A stretch of DNA of 63,626 bases, the filler included, from Reticulomyxa filosa (taxonomy: Eukaryota; Protista; Foraminifera), in the NCBI GenBank assembly GCA_000512085.1. It is 14 parts of 14 records of this genome, joined end to end, with 100 filler letters (N's around TTAATTAATTAA, not from the genome) between each part and the next. Parts side by side here need not be neighbours in the genome. Positions count along the whole stretch, not along the records: positions 22,795 to 28,112 come from ASPP01023658.1; positions 28,213 to 30,820 come from ASPP01001071.1; positions 30,921 to 35,062 come from ASPP01011836.1; positions 35,163 to 37,152 come from ASPP01024867.1; positions 37,253 to 44,924 come from ASPP01018659.1; 9 more parts are not named here. One strand, 5' to 3'. The translations under genes and the position numbers were made by a program. This document shows, piece after piece, positions 26,835 to 39,495 of this stretch. Numbering within the stretch: position 1 is the stretch's first letter; every line of letters begins with the position of its first letter. The notes under the pieces were generated by a model, which did not search any database, had not been told where the DNA came from, and worked only from the letters and a program-made list of their open reading frames with translations.

Positions 26835-27856
26835 TTACAAGAGCTGAGCTCCAAATAACATGAAAAGAGCAAACATGATCGCAGAAAGAGAGTTGATCGT
26901 GAGAGAGCCAGAGGGCAAATTTTGGCAAAATTTGCCAACATTTGGAGTACCGCACTGTTCTGAGCCGACAGGAGTGACAGGTAGAAAGTGATCAGACTTG
27001 GTGCAAGTATCATTAATGATGTAATATCCCATTAAGCCACGATCTTCATGAGGCAAATAATGACAATGCATGACCACGTTTCCCTTGAAATCTCTGGTTC
27101 GTACTCGAACGACGGCTGAGGATACCTCAGTCGAATTTGAAATATTGCAAAGAGAGGTACTCACGACATCCCTCCATTCACCTTTTTGTCCGAGAAATCC
27201 AAAGACAAGATCTTTCGCAAATTGGAAAGGATTGATATGATGATGGAATGGATGTGGGAAGAATCCAATGTCCATTTGGTAAGTTTTGTTGAACTCAAGC
27301 GTCGCCAAAGATACATCATGACGGAAATACTGGCCATTTAATCCAAACAATCGTCCATAGATGGTTGCCTGATCACCGTTGGGGAAGGTGAAATCGTATT
27401 TCGAGCAGACCTTGTTGTCACTGCTGAGAGGATCAGGATTAATCGTCCAGCCCAAGTAATGTGGAGGAACGGACTTGTCAAACACCTTGGTGGCATCGTA
27501 ATTCGTGCAAGCTGTATCATTGGCGTCGGCGTTGGCTGTATCTTCGATATACCCTGTCTTTGATGGGAACTTCAATGCCATGGGGTCGATACTGCTGCCT
27601 CCCGCGCTCGACGTGTTCACCTCGATTGTGAACAGTGTCGCTTTCACAGTGTACGACGGAAGGCACGAGGCATAATACTGGATTGTTTCATTCTTATGTC
27701 TGTCGACAATTTTCACCTTGTACGATCCTGCAGCGCTGCATTTCGTTATTATTTCCGCTCGTCCGCCCATTGGCAAGAAATGGATATGTTGATACGGAAT
27801 TTTCGTCTTTTGCAAATGTGTTATTATTTATTATTTATTATTATTTAGTTTACTTT

Positions 27857-27890
<34 letters not shown>

Positions 27891-28094
27891 TTTTTTTTTG
27901 CCGATACTCCTTTTCCTTACCAGATCACGACTTTTGTTAAAAAAGATACCATCTGCACCAATGTAATAGTACTCACATGCAGTACTGTTATCAAATTCCA
28001 AAAATATGCCCCCTTGAGCGTCTGCGTTCACTAGGAGTAAACGAAGCCATTCGTCTGTCTTAATTGTGATCTTTGGTTTAACTTGATTGTTCAC
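26835..28094 (-). CDS. Multicopper oxidase (laccase/CueO-like), C-terminal part, with hydrophobic GPI-type tail
   Basis: WLRLLLVNA, IGADG, MGGRAE, HPFHHHINPF, HCHYLPHEDRGLM copper ligands. Confidence 0.9.
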
Positions 28095-28212
28095 CTTTTT
28101 TTTTTTTTTTTTNNNNNNNNNNNNNNNNNNNNNNNNNNNNNNNNNNNNNNNNNNNNTTAATTAATTAANNNNNNNNNNNNNNNNNNNNNNNNNNNNNNNN
28201 NNNNNNNNNNNN

Positions 28213-28923
28213 TTTGCTGCAAGATTTTCACCAGATGAAAATACTATTGTTTCATGCTCAGGTGATGGAACAATTCGATTATGGGACATTCATACAGAAA
28301 ATGAGGTAATGAAATTAGAAAGTGATTCCAATAAAATATTGGATGTAAACTTTTCTCCAGATGGAAAATATATTGTTTCAGGTTTGCAAGATAATACAAT
28401 ACAATTATGGGATGTACATTCTGGAATAGAGATAAAACAATTGTTAGGACATTCAAGAGATATATTGAGTACACAATTTTCACCAGATGGTAAAATAGTT
28501 GTATCATCATCAAGTGATAAAACAATTAGTCTGTGGAATTCACAATCTGGTGAAAGATTGAACCAGTTTGAAGGACATTCTGATCGTGTAATGTGTGCAA
28601 AATTTTCTCCAAATGGTAAATTTATTGCTTCTTGTTCATTGGATGAAACAATTCGAATATGGAATATTGCAATAGAAATAGAATGGAAAATATTGAAAGA
28701 GCATTCACATCATGTAAACGACATAAAATATTTTCCAGATGGCCAAACAATTGTATCGTGTTCAAGCGATAATACAATTCGATTATGGGATGTAGAATCA
28801 GGGAAGAGAATACAAATACTAGAAGTGCATTCTCAAGCTGTGAGATGTGTTGATATATCTCAAAATGGAAATAAAATTGTATCAGGTTCTACTGATTGTA
28901 CAATTCGAATTTGGGATAATTAA
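28213..28923 (+). CDS. WD40-repeat protein, C-terminal fragment
   Basis: Repeated GH..V....FSPDG..IVS.S.D.TIRLWD units. Confidence 0.95.
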   Translation, partial: FAARFSPDENTIVSCSGDGTIRLWDIHTENEVMKLESDSNKILDVNFSPDGKYIVSGLQDNTIQLWDVHSGIEIKQLLGHSRDILSTQFSPDGKIVVSSSSDKTISLWNSQSGERLNQFEGHSDRVMCAKFSPNGKFIASCSLDETIRIWNIAIEIEWKILKEHSHHVNDIKYFPDGQTIVSCSSDNTIRLWDVESGKRIQILEVHSQAVRCVDISQNGNKIVSGSTDCTIRIWDN

Positions 28924-29119
28924 GAGTCACACAAATGAATACAATTTTTCTTTCTAATTGTATCTCTTTTGAATAAAATTTTCTAAAGTGAAAATTATTA
29001 TTATTTTTTGAAACATTTTTTTCAAGTTCATTTTTTGCTGTTGAAAATACTGAAAAATAACAAGTAAAAAATAATTTAAAGATAAGGAATTGCTGCTTTC
29101 TTAAATTGAACAAAAAAAT

Positions 29120-29670
29120 ATTCATTGCACAATATCTGCATTATTTGAAAAATAAATCAATTGAATGTCTTCCAATATTTGATCAATGTGCAAAATTGCT
29201 TGAGAAACTTTCAATGAAATGAAACAATTGAATGATACTTTCAATTGTTTAATAGATAAGTTAAGTGATGAAAATGAAGTGAGCTTTGTGTATTAAAAAT
29301 GTGTACAATTGCAGTGAAATCGGATGGAAAACAATTTGGTGATAATTTTCATCATTTGATGAATGGATTAAAGATGTTTATTTGTCATATGCAGAAGCAC
29401 TGGAAATTATTTCAGTGAGATTAAATGAAAAGTAATCGGAAGAGGTTTTCAACACCTTGATGGATATTTTGAATGCAAGTCAATATAATTGACGCACTTC
29501 AAAAGATATCTTTGAAAGTAAACGACAAGCAATTGTACTTGCTTGGAAGAGCGAAAACGATACTTACACAGAGGGTAAATAATGTATTGCTGGAAAATAT
29601 CCGAAGATATGTGGAGACATGTGACTGCTTATGTATTGAAAGAGAGTATCCGACTGAAAAATGGTAAAAG
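29120..29670 (+). pseudogene. Degenerate HEAT-like repeat gene
   Basis: Repeats of CAKLLEKLSMK*N / AEALEIISVRLNEK / ALQKISLKVNDKQL with stops and frameshifts. Confidence 0.55.
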
Positions 29671-29749
29671 AAAGGAGATAAATTAGTGAATAAAGAATGA
29701 ATAACCGTTCAAGGCCAAAGCAGCCGACTATCCCCAAATACGAATCAAA

Positions 29750-30550
29750 CCATTGACTGAATCATAACATAGATTAATACAACAACCAATATCATATACA
29801 CGAACTGTAGTATCAATTGATCCAGAACAAATGAATTAATCGTCATCAAATGATGAAACAAACCTAAATTGAGCTTAAACGATGAATTGGATTTAGTTTG
29901 TAACAATTGATCATTGGATTTCTTTTTTTTATCTTCGTCATGATTAATATTTATTTGACGAATCTTTTTTTCACTTATTCAATTTCACTGAAAAGAATAA
30001 AACTATTCGATAAAGGTGTTATGGTTCAAACAAAGGTCTTTTTCATCGGGTTGTTTTCAATGTTTCCATTGTTGCCATATTCCAAAGGTTTGATTGAAAA
30101 TTGCAAATTGTGCCAAAAAAAATCAATACCAAAGAATATCACACAGCCCAAAGAAATAATTTGCATACAATTGTTTCAATGTTTATCTTGTTGAAAATCT
30201 TTAGGTTTTTCTTTATTGTTGTTCTATTGTCTTATCCCATATTTGCTTTTTGATTAGTGATGCATTATTTCTTATGTTGTTATTTTTATATTATCATTTC
30301 ATTTTGTGTTGTCTTTTGCTTCTGATTTTCGGATTCATTGCATGATATCTGGTTCAGATATAATTGTATCATCCACGCATTTCATGTAAGTTAGGGTTTT
30401 CCTTATTTATTTGCAATTTTTGACTGTGACAAGACTTATTATTGTCTTTTTCATTGCAAAAATTCGTAACATTTGCTTCAATGAAAATTCCCTTATATCT
30501 TGATGTGAAAATATTTTTTATGCTTTCGCTCAATAACGGCAAATTGATAA
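29750..30550 (-). pseudogene. Highly decayed TRAF/WD40-family remnant
   Basis: Fragments such as QQDKH*NNC, QLLQTKSNSSFKLN and ICSGSIDTTVRV on the minus strand; many stops. Confidence 0.35.
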
Positions 30551-30920
30551 CTCTGTCCTTTTAATGGAAGGCTTTCAGGTTTTAAAAAAAAAATGAAAGG
30601 ATACCTCTTCAAATTTGGTTCGAGTATTTTTTTTCTTAATTCAATTTTGACAAATAACTTGATTTTTTTGTTATTTCAAAGAAAAAAACTTGGCTATCCC
30701 AACACACGAATGAGACCATTTCCAGAACCATAACACAAAGCATAACCACAACAATCTATTATATTTTTTTACCTTTTTCATTATTTTTAGATTTTGATCA
30801 AATGGCACAAATTCAAGAGANNNNNNNNNNNNNNNNNNNNNNNNNNNNNNNNNNNNNNNNNNNNTTAATTAATTAANNNNNNNNNNNNNNNNNNNNNNNN
30901 NNNNNNNNNNNNNNNNNNNN

Positions 30921-32141
30921 CTCTCCACGAGGCAGTGCTAGTGGAAAATCTCCAATTGGTGACCTTTTTGGTCAAAGAAAAGGAGGTCGACATTACGATT
31001 CACAATAATGAAGGCAAGACCCCATTCGATTTGGCCCAAAATATGAACAATCAAGATATTGCCGAGCTCTTAGAGCCAGAACCTTTACCGGTAGTTACTC
31101 AGCCCACTGAGCCAAGTTACTTGCACTTTGTCTCATATTTAACAAAAAAAAAAGAAAAGAAGGCGGAGGTGGAGTGGAGCATTGGAAGTGTCGGTTTGTT
31201 AATACTTTTTTGCTTCCTTTTTTTTTTTCAAAAAAAAAAAAAGAGAGTGCACTGGAAGAATTAAGTGAAATAGTGGGTGAAAGTAGTAGCAATAATATCG
31301 CGAAGGCCGAAAATAGCGGGAGCAGATCATTCGGTGAAATTAAGCACACACAAGAAAATCGCACCAATGTCACATCCATTCAAAGTGCAACGAATGGTAC
31401 AACCAAGCAACACGATCCCAATGCCATTAACCAAATGCAACCAGGAGATGAAAATCGAAGTAAGTCAGATGTAAAAGACTTTGCTGGAAATAGAAGCTAC
31501 TACGAACAGTTTGACTTGTTTCCTTTTTTATACTCTCTTTTATTAAAATAACTGCATGTAGAAATATATTTATTTGTGTATACGCATATGCTCATTTCAA
31601 GGGGCATTTTTAAAAAACTTCTCCTTTCCAAAAAAAAAAAAAAAAGGTTGAAAAAAAATGTCAAACCCAAGGTTGGTGCTGATAATCCATTTAATCGCAA
31701 GTTAAAAAGAAAATCAACTCGATTGGCGCTACAGCAAATGCAAAAAATCCAGGAAACAGAATCTGCGTTACCAGTGTTAGAGGCATTTTTACAAAAAAAC
31801 AACCACGTGCGCCATATTCGTGGCAAAAACGTTGGGTTGTTGTTAAACATGGCCATATGTTATGGAGTGACAAACAAAGAGAAATTTCTGATGCTAGCAA
31901 TGCACAAGAGCGCAATAAGTTCAACGGAAATCTTTCAATTATGCATATTGATGAATTGGGACCTGTTAAAACAAGAAGTAATAACAAGTTTTATTTAATT
32001 GCTCACACTGACAAAAAAAAAAATCGAACTCTTGAGTTCAAAGCTGTCAGCGAACAAGATAGAGACTTTTGGTTAAAAGGTATCCAAGCACACATCCAAC
32101 ATGAAAAAAGTATGATCCAATATTTGGAACAAACTTCTTAG
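30921..32141 (+). CDS. Ankyrin-repeat + PH-domain protein, 3' part, spliced
   Basis: LHEAVLVENLQLVTFLV..NNEGKTPFDLA; EAFLQKNNH..; RTLEFKAVSEQDRDFWLKGI. Confidence 0.8.
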
Positions 32142-32679
32142 CAAAGTTTATTTTTCGGTTTTGTGAGGTGTAACAATAATTGGCTCAAGGTGATGTTCAA
32201 TATATTCAAAAAAGAAACTCAAGCCAACTTTTTGCTATTTTCGTCTGGTATGAGTTTACGAATTTCATAAAAAGAACAATGCTTACTCCAACAGTTTCCA
32301 ACTATAAACCAACACATTTCTTACGATTTTCTTGATTATCGACAAAAATAATTGTTTTAAAAAAAAATCTAAAATTATTTTTGTTTGAATAATATCACCA
32401 ACGAATAACAAAAAATCAGTGTCAAATGTATCTTTAATGATCAAACATGACAGAAGACAGAAAACCAAACAACCAAACAAAAAATCAACAGCATTGAAAA
32501 GTATATTTTCTCAAGTAGTGTAAACACACCACTTTTAAGGGAGTGGCAAGAGAGGGGATAGAACGGAAAACGAGTTGGATACGCTCTATAACCAAGAAAG
32601 GACCTACTTTCTGTTTGAATCCGGATTAAGTTGGGATTTCTGAACAGAAGGTGAATTTTGTGTTAGCATTGATCTTCTC

Positions 32680-34250
32680 TTATATTCTTTCCACGTGTAA
32701 AACGCAACTACACCTAAGCCAATAAAGCCAATCCAATGTTTCCAGGTCATTCCTAAGCACATCCAAAAAAAAGATTCGTTTTATCGTTATTGGCGATTTT
32801 TTTGTTTGCATTGGATAATGATTATCCAAAAGGAAGAGATGAAAAGTCAAAAAACACCTTTTGTTTTTTCGATGGCTTTGGTTGATGTCCTGGCAACAGC
32901 AGCTCGAAACTGCTTGATATGCGTTTGGTGAACACGAGCACCAGAAAGACGTGCGTAAGCTTGGGCATAACGAATTCCCAACTCTTGCGCAGACTCAGTA
33001 CTAAAATGCAAGGAGTCGCCTTTGTGAGTCAAGCCTTCTGATGAAACATAGGCAGTATTGTACAGTCTCCGTGGAACTTCAGCCAATGCCTCGTTAACAA
33101 TGGCGTAATAACGGTATTTAATATCCTCTCTTTGTCCCAAAAATGTACCCAATCCACCTTTTGTTTTTGGATTGGTTGTTGTTTTGATTTCGATTGAATT
33201 TGTTTTTTTTGTTTGTACAAAAAAATTAACCAACAAGTATTGGTATATTGGCATCATTCAATGCCTCTCGAAATGCAGCAAACAATGCCAATAGTTTATT
33301 GAGATGAGCTTTGGCGTCTTCTAAGGCTCCACTGTCGGATTCGCCTTGATGCCATAAAATCCCTTTGATATTTATTTCATTTGGATTGCTGTATTTTGAC
33401 TTTGCCAAAACAACTCGTTTCAATGTCAAATCGAAGTACTTTGATGATTTTTTCAAAGGAGGTAACAAAGAAGGTGAAGATGAAAGTGATGACGGTGATG
33501 ATGATAATGCTGCTTTTTCTTTCGTGTTTGTACGACTTTCTATTGTTTTGTTTTTTTTGTCAGTTTGGTTTTATTTGTTTATTAGTTTATTTTTATATTT
33601 GAGCTATGTCGCTCGTATTAACCATCTGTTTCAGCTTCAGCTTTTATTGTATCATTCGCTTCAATTTCACGTCCATCTTTTTCTTCTCTCGACGAGGCTG
33701 GCAACCATTCATCAATTGAAGTTCCTCCTACAGCACATGGAATTAATCCGATTTTTCTTTTGTTTTGTTTTTGTAATTTGCTTCACTTATTATTCATTAA
33801 TTTTTTAATTTTTTTTTGAAAACCTGTTTGCTGGGAGAAAATTCATTTGGCACAGCTCTGATGCAAATGTCAAACCTGGACCCACACCACAGTATTGGGG
33901 ACTCTCAAAATGCAATGGGTCCTTTGCTGCTGACCATTGATCATTTTTATCAAAGTACAGTATTTCATGATTATTTACTATTGTTTGTGGTGGCTTCAAC
34001 AGTTCGTCTTTTGTTTCTTGCAGACTCGACGGCGGAGGTGATGACCTTGGTGTCTCTCCTTTTACTTGGACATCATACAAGGCAGCTGGCAAAGGCCCAC
34101 GTCCTGACATATTTGACTATTCACAAATCAGCCATCGTTAAGCTTCCGTTTTAGTTGAACGTTTCGAACATATTGAGTGAAATAGCCAGACAAAAAAAGA
34201 AAGAAGGCAATAGTACTAAATACCTGTCCCACAAGGAGAAAAACATCCAT
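32680..34250 (-). CDS. SASA-family (sialate O-acetylesterase/CE6-like) SGNH esterase, multi-exon, C-terminal TM anchor
   Basis: MDVFLLVGQ|SNMSGRG, GVGPGLTFA, GLIPCAVGGTSIDEW, GILWHQGESD, DSLHF. Confidence 0.9.
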
Positions 34251-34495
34251 ACTTATTAGAATGGTATATTAAAATAATAGATGGGAACTTTGCAAAGTCA
34301 AACTAAAACTTGTCTCGACATGTTTAAAAGATAACAATTGAACTGATAGGATTACTTGCTTTGTATGATAGCTTGAAAGCGACTTTTTATCTCATACCCC
34401 TAAAAGTTGTGTTTAAACACGCTCTGTAGAAGACGAAACACTCCCCAAAAAAAAAAGCAAAGCGATCTTTACACATTTCGTTCCCATGTCCAACA

Positions 34496-35062
34496 ATGCC
34501 GAAAGTACACAAACATCATTTCATATTGTTCCAGAATTTACTGATGGTTAATATTTTTATTTTGTCCTCGGGTATTCTCTTTTGGTTGCCTTTGTTCCTC
34601 TTACAACAAAACTCTCGAACAATTTACACAACAAAAGACACAGACGACACGGAGCTGACTTACTTTGACAAGGCATCGATAGTATCAAGATACACTTTTT
34701 TATACATGTGGCCATTAATTTTAAAGGGGAGAAAGAAACCCTTGGAACAAGAAGACTTGGGAAAACCGATTCGAGAGGCAAAACTGAAATATTTGTACCA
34801 AAAATTATTTGAATGCGGAGGTATGAGAATGTGCGCACTAATATATTTTGTGTGCAGCTTTTTTATTAGTAAGTTTTTTGAAAAAATCCAAACTAGTGGA
34901 ACAAGGAACGAAGAAATTGAAAACCAAAGAGAGTGTGCCAGAGGCAAGCGAAAGTGAAAAAGAAGAAGCAAACCAAGCTGATGCAACTACTGGGACTGAG
35001 TTGTACATGTAGGTGGGGAGGGACACTTTATTTTTTAACAAAAAAAAAAAATAAAAAAAAAA
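34496..35062 (+). CDS. ABCC/MRP-type ABC transporter, N-terminal fragment
   Basis: DKASIVSRYTFLYMWPLILKGRKKPLEQEDL lasso (L0) motif. Confidence 0.75.
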
Positions 35063-35162
35063 NNNNNNNNNNNNNNNNNNNNNNNNNNNNNNNNNNNNNN
35101 NNNNNNTTAATTAATTAANNNNNNNNNNNNNNNNNNNNNNNNNNNNNNNNNNNNNNNNNNNN

Positions 35163-37152
35163 ATATATATATATTTATACACTTATTTTATATTGACAAA
35201 CCCTTTTTTTAGAGATTTGATTTGAAATTGATCTGGCTTTAGATCAAACAGTTTACAGAAATCCGAAACAATATATTCTGGAGGAATTTGTTCTTGCTTC
35301 ATTTCGACACCAATGATTATATCTATTTCTTGCACCATTTGTTCTTTGGAGTCTTGTTCGATTTTTGCAAGTTCTTTATCAGTTAACGCTTTCACCAACG
35401 GCTTTCCAGTCAATGCACGAAATTTCTTTGCATTTGCGATTGTTGGTTTCATCCACTCCTCTACATCTTGCAATACTGTCACTACATTGTGCATCGATGA
35501 TGCTGTCTGTTATATTTGCATGTGTGCACGTTCGATATAAACAAAAAAAAATTATAAATAAATAAATAAAAGTATTAACATGAAAGATTCGGTGCAATGG
35601 GCAAGAAGTAAAGGGAACTAGACCCAATTGAGGTGCCCCTTTGGCTATTGCTAAAGTAGGTACTCTAGGGGTGACAAGGATGATGTTCTTCTTTTCATAA
35701 TAATTTTTCAGTTTATATTGCAAATAAGGAGACTCACTGAATTCACCTATCAAAAAGAAGTATTTCAATTTTTCTTGAAATATCTTTTTTTTTTCAATTA
35801 ATGCTCTGTCCACCTGTTGTATAATTTCGTCAATTCTAAAATCAAACAATTTCATCCATAGCCGACAAGAAAGTCCTAATCCTTCATCACTATATAAATG
35901 ACTGTTTTTATTTATTTATTTGTTTGTTGTTTGTCGGGATAAGAAGGGATAAATGTAAAATATAGATATTGTCTTTTACTCAGAGATGCCAAGGCATTCC
36001 ACATTAGAAACTACTTCCTCCAAATCATCTCCAATGTTTGCTTTCAGAAAGTCGTCAAGTTCAAAAGGGATTTGAATGTAGTGAACTCTGGTTGTACGAT
36101 TTGATGAAGAAAATTGCTTCTTGCTTTGTGTAATGTTTTCCAACAATTTCAAATATCCCTTGTACTGTGTTTCTTGGAATTTTTTCATGATATCTTTTCC
36201 AAACAATTGTTCAAAGATTATTTTCACATTATCGTCAACAGAAGAAGATTTCCAAGACCCACCAAAAGCTGATACTAATTCTTTGATTTGATACTCGCTC
36301 ATCATTTCATAAATTGTTATCGACATAGTACTCTTCTCTCTTATATCCATCTGCAAGTAACATTCTCCAATTTGAAACCACTCTTTTTCTTTTTGATTAT
36401 TTTTTATTTCCTCTATGATGCAAATGCTTGCACATTCAGACTCAAGCGCAATCATCAATTGTCGATCGATGTGTGCACTCCCAATCTGTGCTTTTATTGC
36501 CCATTGTCTCAATAAATCTTTGGCGTCTTCACTCCAAACATCTGGAACCGGAATCACCCACTGGATTTTGTCGTCTCTGATCTCTATGTTGATGCTTTTC
36601 AAAAACTTCTGTGTCTTTTGTTTGCAATACTTCAATACATTAACAAATACTGTTTCTGTACTGATACGAATACCATTCATTGATACCAACTCTTTTTCAA
36701 GTATTGGTTGTTTTTGTGCGTTGTATGCATCAGGAACATCTTTGTTTTTTTTTGTTTTTTTTTTTGAAGTAACAGTTATAGTTTATTTTTTTGGAAGCTA
36801 TAGAGAAAAAAATAGAAAAAGTTGTAAACTATATGCATTTGCTTGGAATCGATCAAATAACAGTAATTTCCTATCCCTATCCGCCTGATAATACCTTTTT
36901 TTTTTTTGGATTTTTTTTTAAAAAACTTTTTTTTTAATGTCACAAAAAAAAATAAAGCTATAAACTTGTTCCATGCGTTATTTCCAAAAGCAACAAATTG
37001 AAGATTCTCATCTAATAATACTGCAGTTTTTGTTGTTACGCTTGCATTTCCTCTCTCAAACCATCCATTTGCCATATAGACATTACGAGATTCTTTCCTT
37101 TTGATTGATATGGTGGTTTCTTTCTCTCCAAAATGAATTGCAACTGTGCAAT
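35163..37152 (-). CDS. HSPA12-like atypical Hsp70-fold protein with C-terminal extension, partial
   Basis: TAVLLDENLQFVAFG, IQWVIPVPDVWSEDAKDLLRQWA, LMIALESECAS, FLIGEFSESPYLQ, AIAKGA. Confidence 0.8.
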
Positions 37153-37252
37153 NNNNNNNNNNNNNNNNNNNNNNNNNNNNNNNNNNNNNNNNNNNNTTAA
37201 TTAATTAANNNNNNNNNNNNNNNNNNNNNNNNNNNNNNNNNNNNNNNNNNNN

Positions 37253-37601
37253 TTTTTTTTGCGTCTCATGTAAAGTCATCTTTGTCCCAAAAACAGATTT
37301 GATGATTCAAATGGATATTCACATCTGTTGTATTGTCGCGTCATATGCGGAGAAAGTTGTGTCGGAAAAAAAGGTCATATAAGACCACCAAACAAGAGAA
37401 CAGGAAGAGACGGCGTGACATTAGAGTATGAAAGTATGGTTGACACTATGATCAACCCGTCTATTGTTGTTTGCTGCACCGACTCTCAGGTATCAAATTT
37501 ACTTATACTTTCTCACAAACAAAATATACAACATAATGGTGTGTACTCAGGCGTGCCCAGTATTAAAATTAATCATTAAGAAAAAATTAAAAGAAGAGTA
37601 A
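37253..37601 (+). CDS. PARP-family ADP-ribosyltransferase catalytic domain, C-terminal fragment
   Basis: CRVICGES..G....RPP..YESMVD....PSIVV...DSQ|ACPVLKL; intron ~37490-37550. Confidence 0.7.
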
Positions 37602-37656
37602 ATTTTTATGACGAGGACTTAGAATGATATATTCGCTTTTTTTTTTGTCATATCAT

Positions 37657-37884
37657 TGTAGGACAAGCCCTTATCACGCATGGCTGAACGCTTATGGAAC
37701 TGATGAGCTCCCTTTGGGTTAAACCTCCCCAACAAACTACCTCTTACTTACTTGCTTTCTTTACCTTCTTTTTGTCCTTTGATTTGTTCTTTAATTTACT
37801 TTTGTTTACTGAAAGTCACTCTCATTTCGAGTAACACTCTTTCGTATTACATTTAGTGAAGCTCTTCACCGTAGACTCCCCACA
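37657..37884 (-). mobile_element. 228-bp solo-LTR-like element, copy 2
   Basis: Termini TGTAGG..CCCACA on the + strand; direct repeat TCAT at 37653-37656 and 37885-37888. Confidence 0.85.
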
Positions 37885-39495
37885 TCATTACAATTTCAAT
37901 TATAAAATTCAATATTACTTTTTTTGTATTTTTTAAAAATTTGCAGTCTAGCGATATTGACGCGTAAAAAACACAAAAGCTTATAATTTTAAAAAAATTT
38001 ATGTTTAAATTTTTTTAATTATAATTACAAATGCAAAAATATGAAAAAAAAAATTAAGTGCAAAAACAATTAAAATTTCACTATAAAAACGCAAAAAAAA
38101 TAAATTTGCAACGAAAAAAATCAAGAAACAAAATAATGTTGTAGAAAATGATAAAAATGTTTGTAATTGACAAAAAATTGTTAAAAAATAAAATGAATTT
38201 TTGAAAGACTTGAAGATTAGTAGATATTTTCAAAAAAAGATTTTAAAAAAGTTGATTTTTGACTTAGAAAATCGATTATCTTCATAAAGTCATTTTAGTG
38301 TCAGTACTTTTGTAAATACTTGCACTAAGGTGGATCTTGTCCACACATATGAAGATTTTTGGAGAAATGACTTGGACAATTGAAGTTGAAATATTTTAGA
38401 CAATAAGAAGAATTGTGAGTTTTTCATTCTCTATGCAATACTAAATTTCAATAGATTGTATTGACAAAATAGACGTCATAATAAAGTATTTGCCAAGAAA
38501 AACATAAACTATAGTTATATATATCAAGAGCTATCAGATCAAATAGCATGATGCAAAAAGCATATTGAAAATATGTGGTGTCAGATATGCAACGGCTATA
38601 TTAATATTGTGTTGAAGCTTCTAAAGACAAAAGATACAAACCACTAGTATACTATCGCGGACACGATAAAATCACACAATACGCTGCAGTCTTATTCAAG
38701 ATTTGCGTCCAAAGAGTCAATTATTGTTGTTACTTATCATATATAAATTCAGTTGTTTTTCTAAAATGTATATAACAATGATTACCACTTGGCAAACTTT
38801 AAGCTAAATTTTTTCTTTTCCAATTTCACTTTTTTTTTATCAATGTTGTTCAAATTTCTTCAAACTTAGATTGTGTATTTTCGATTTTTTCTTTCGTCCA
38901 TATTCGTAGACCAGCTGTTCATGTCTGATAATAAAAAACACACAAATAAAATAATAGTGACTAATCGTTCTTTGAAAGAAAGGAAATAGAGAAAAATCAA
39001 AACGAGAAGCATACTAATGCGTCGGGCACTGAGCATTATGCTTTATAACACATTTGGGAATGTGAAAGTAGCATACACCGGACAAATAATTTGCGTCACT
39101 TGCATTAGCTAAACTGTACAATGAACCATATTGCTTTGTCCTAGACAAGTGCGAAGGTATTCCACACCGTTAAAGACAAAAAAAACTATATTTTTGTTAT
39201 GGTCTGGTTCTTTTCGCAGCAGAGAAAAACAACAGTTTTGAACATTTAATATTCAGTTCAATAAAGTTAAAATTGAATCATTGCCATGCGATTTGTTTGA
39301 ATGTTTGGTTGTTGCACAGTATATTTTATTTTTGCATTCAAAAAAGTTTCAATTGCAGAACAAATGAGTTTCTGATGTTAAAACGTGATGGTAGTATGTC
39401 TCAAAGAAGACAATGTTCAAAAAATAATTTAATTGTCCATTTTTCCAACAAAAAGGATTTTTTCCTCAGATGAAATTGACTTGTATCCATTCGAC

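Noticed and set aside
38800-39200. Small minus-strand gene downstream of DnaJ
   Set aside because: Some coding-like and intron-like features, but no start, family or consistent frame could be supported
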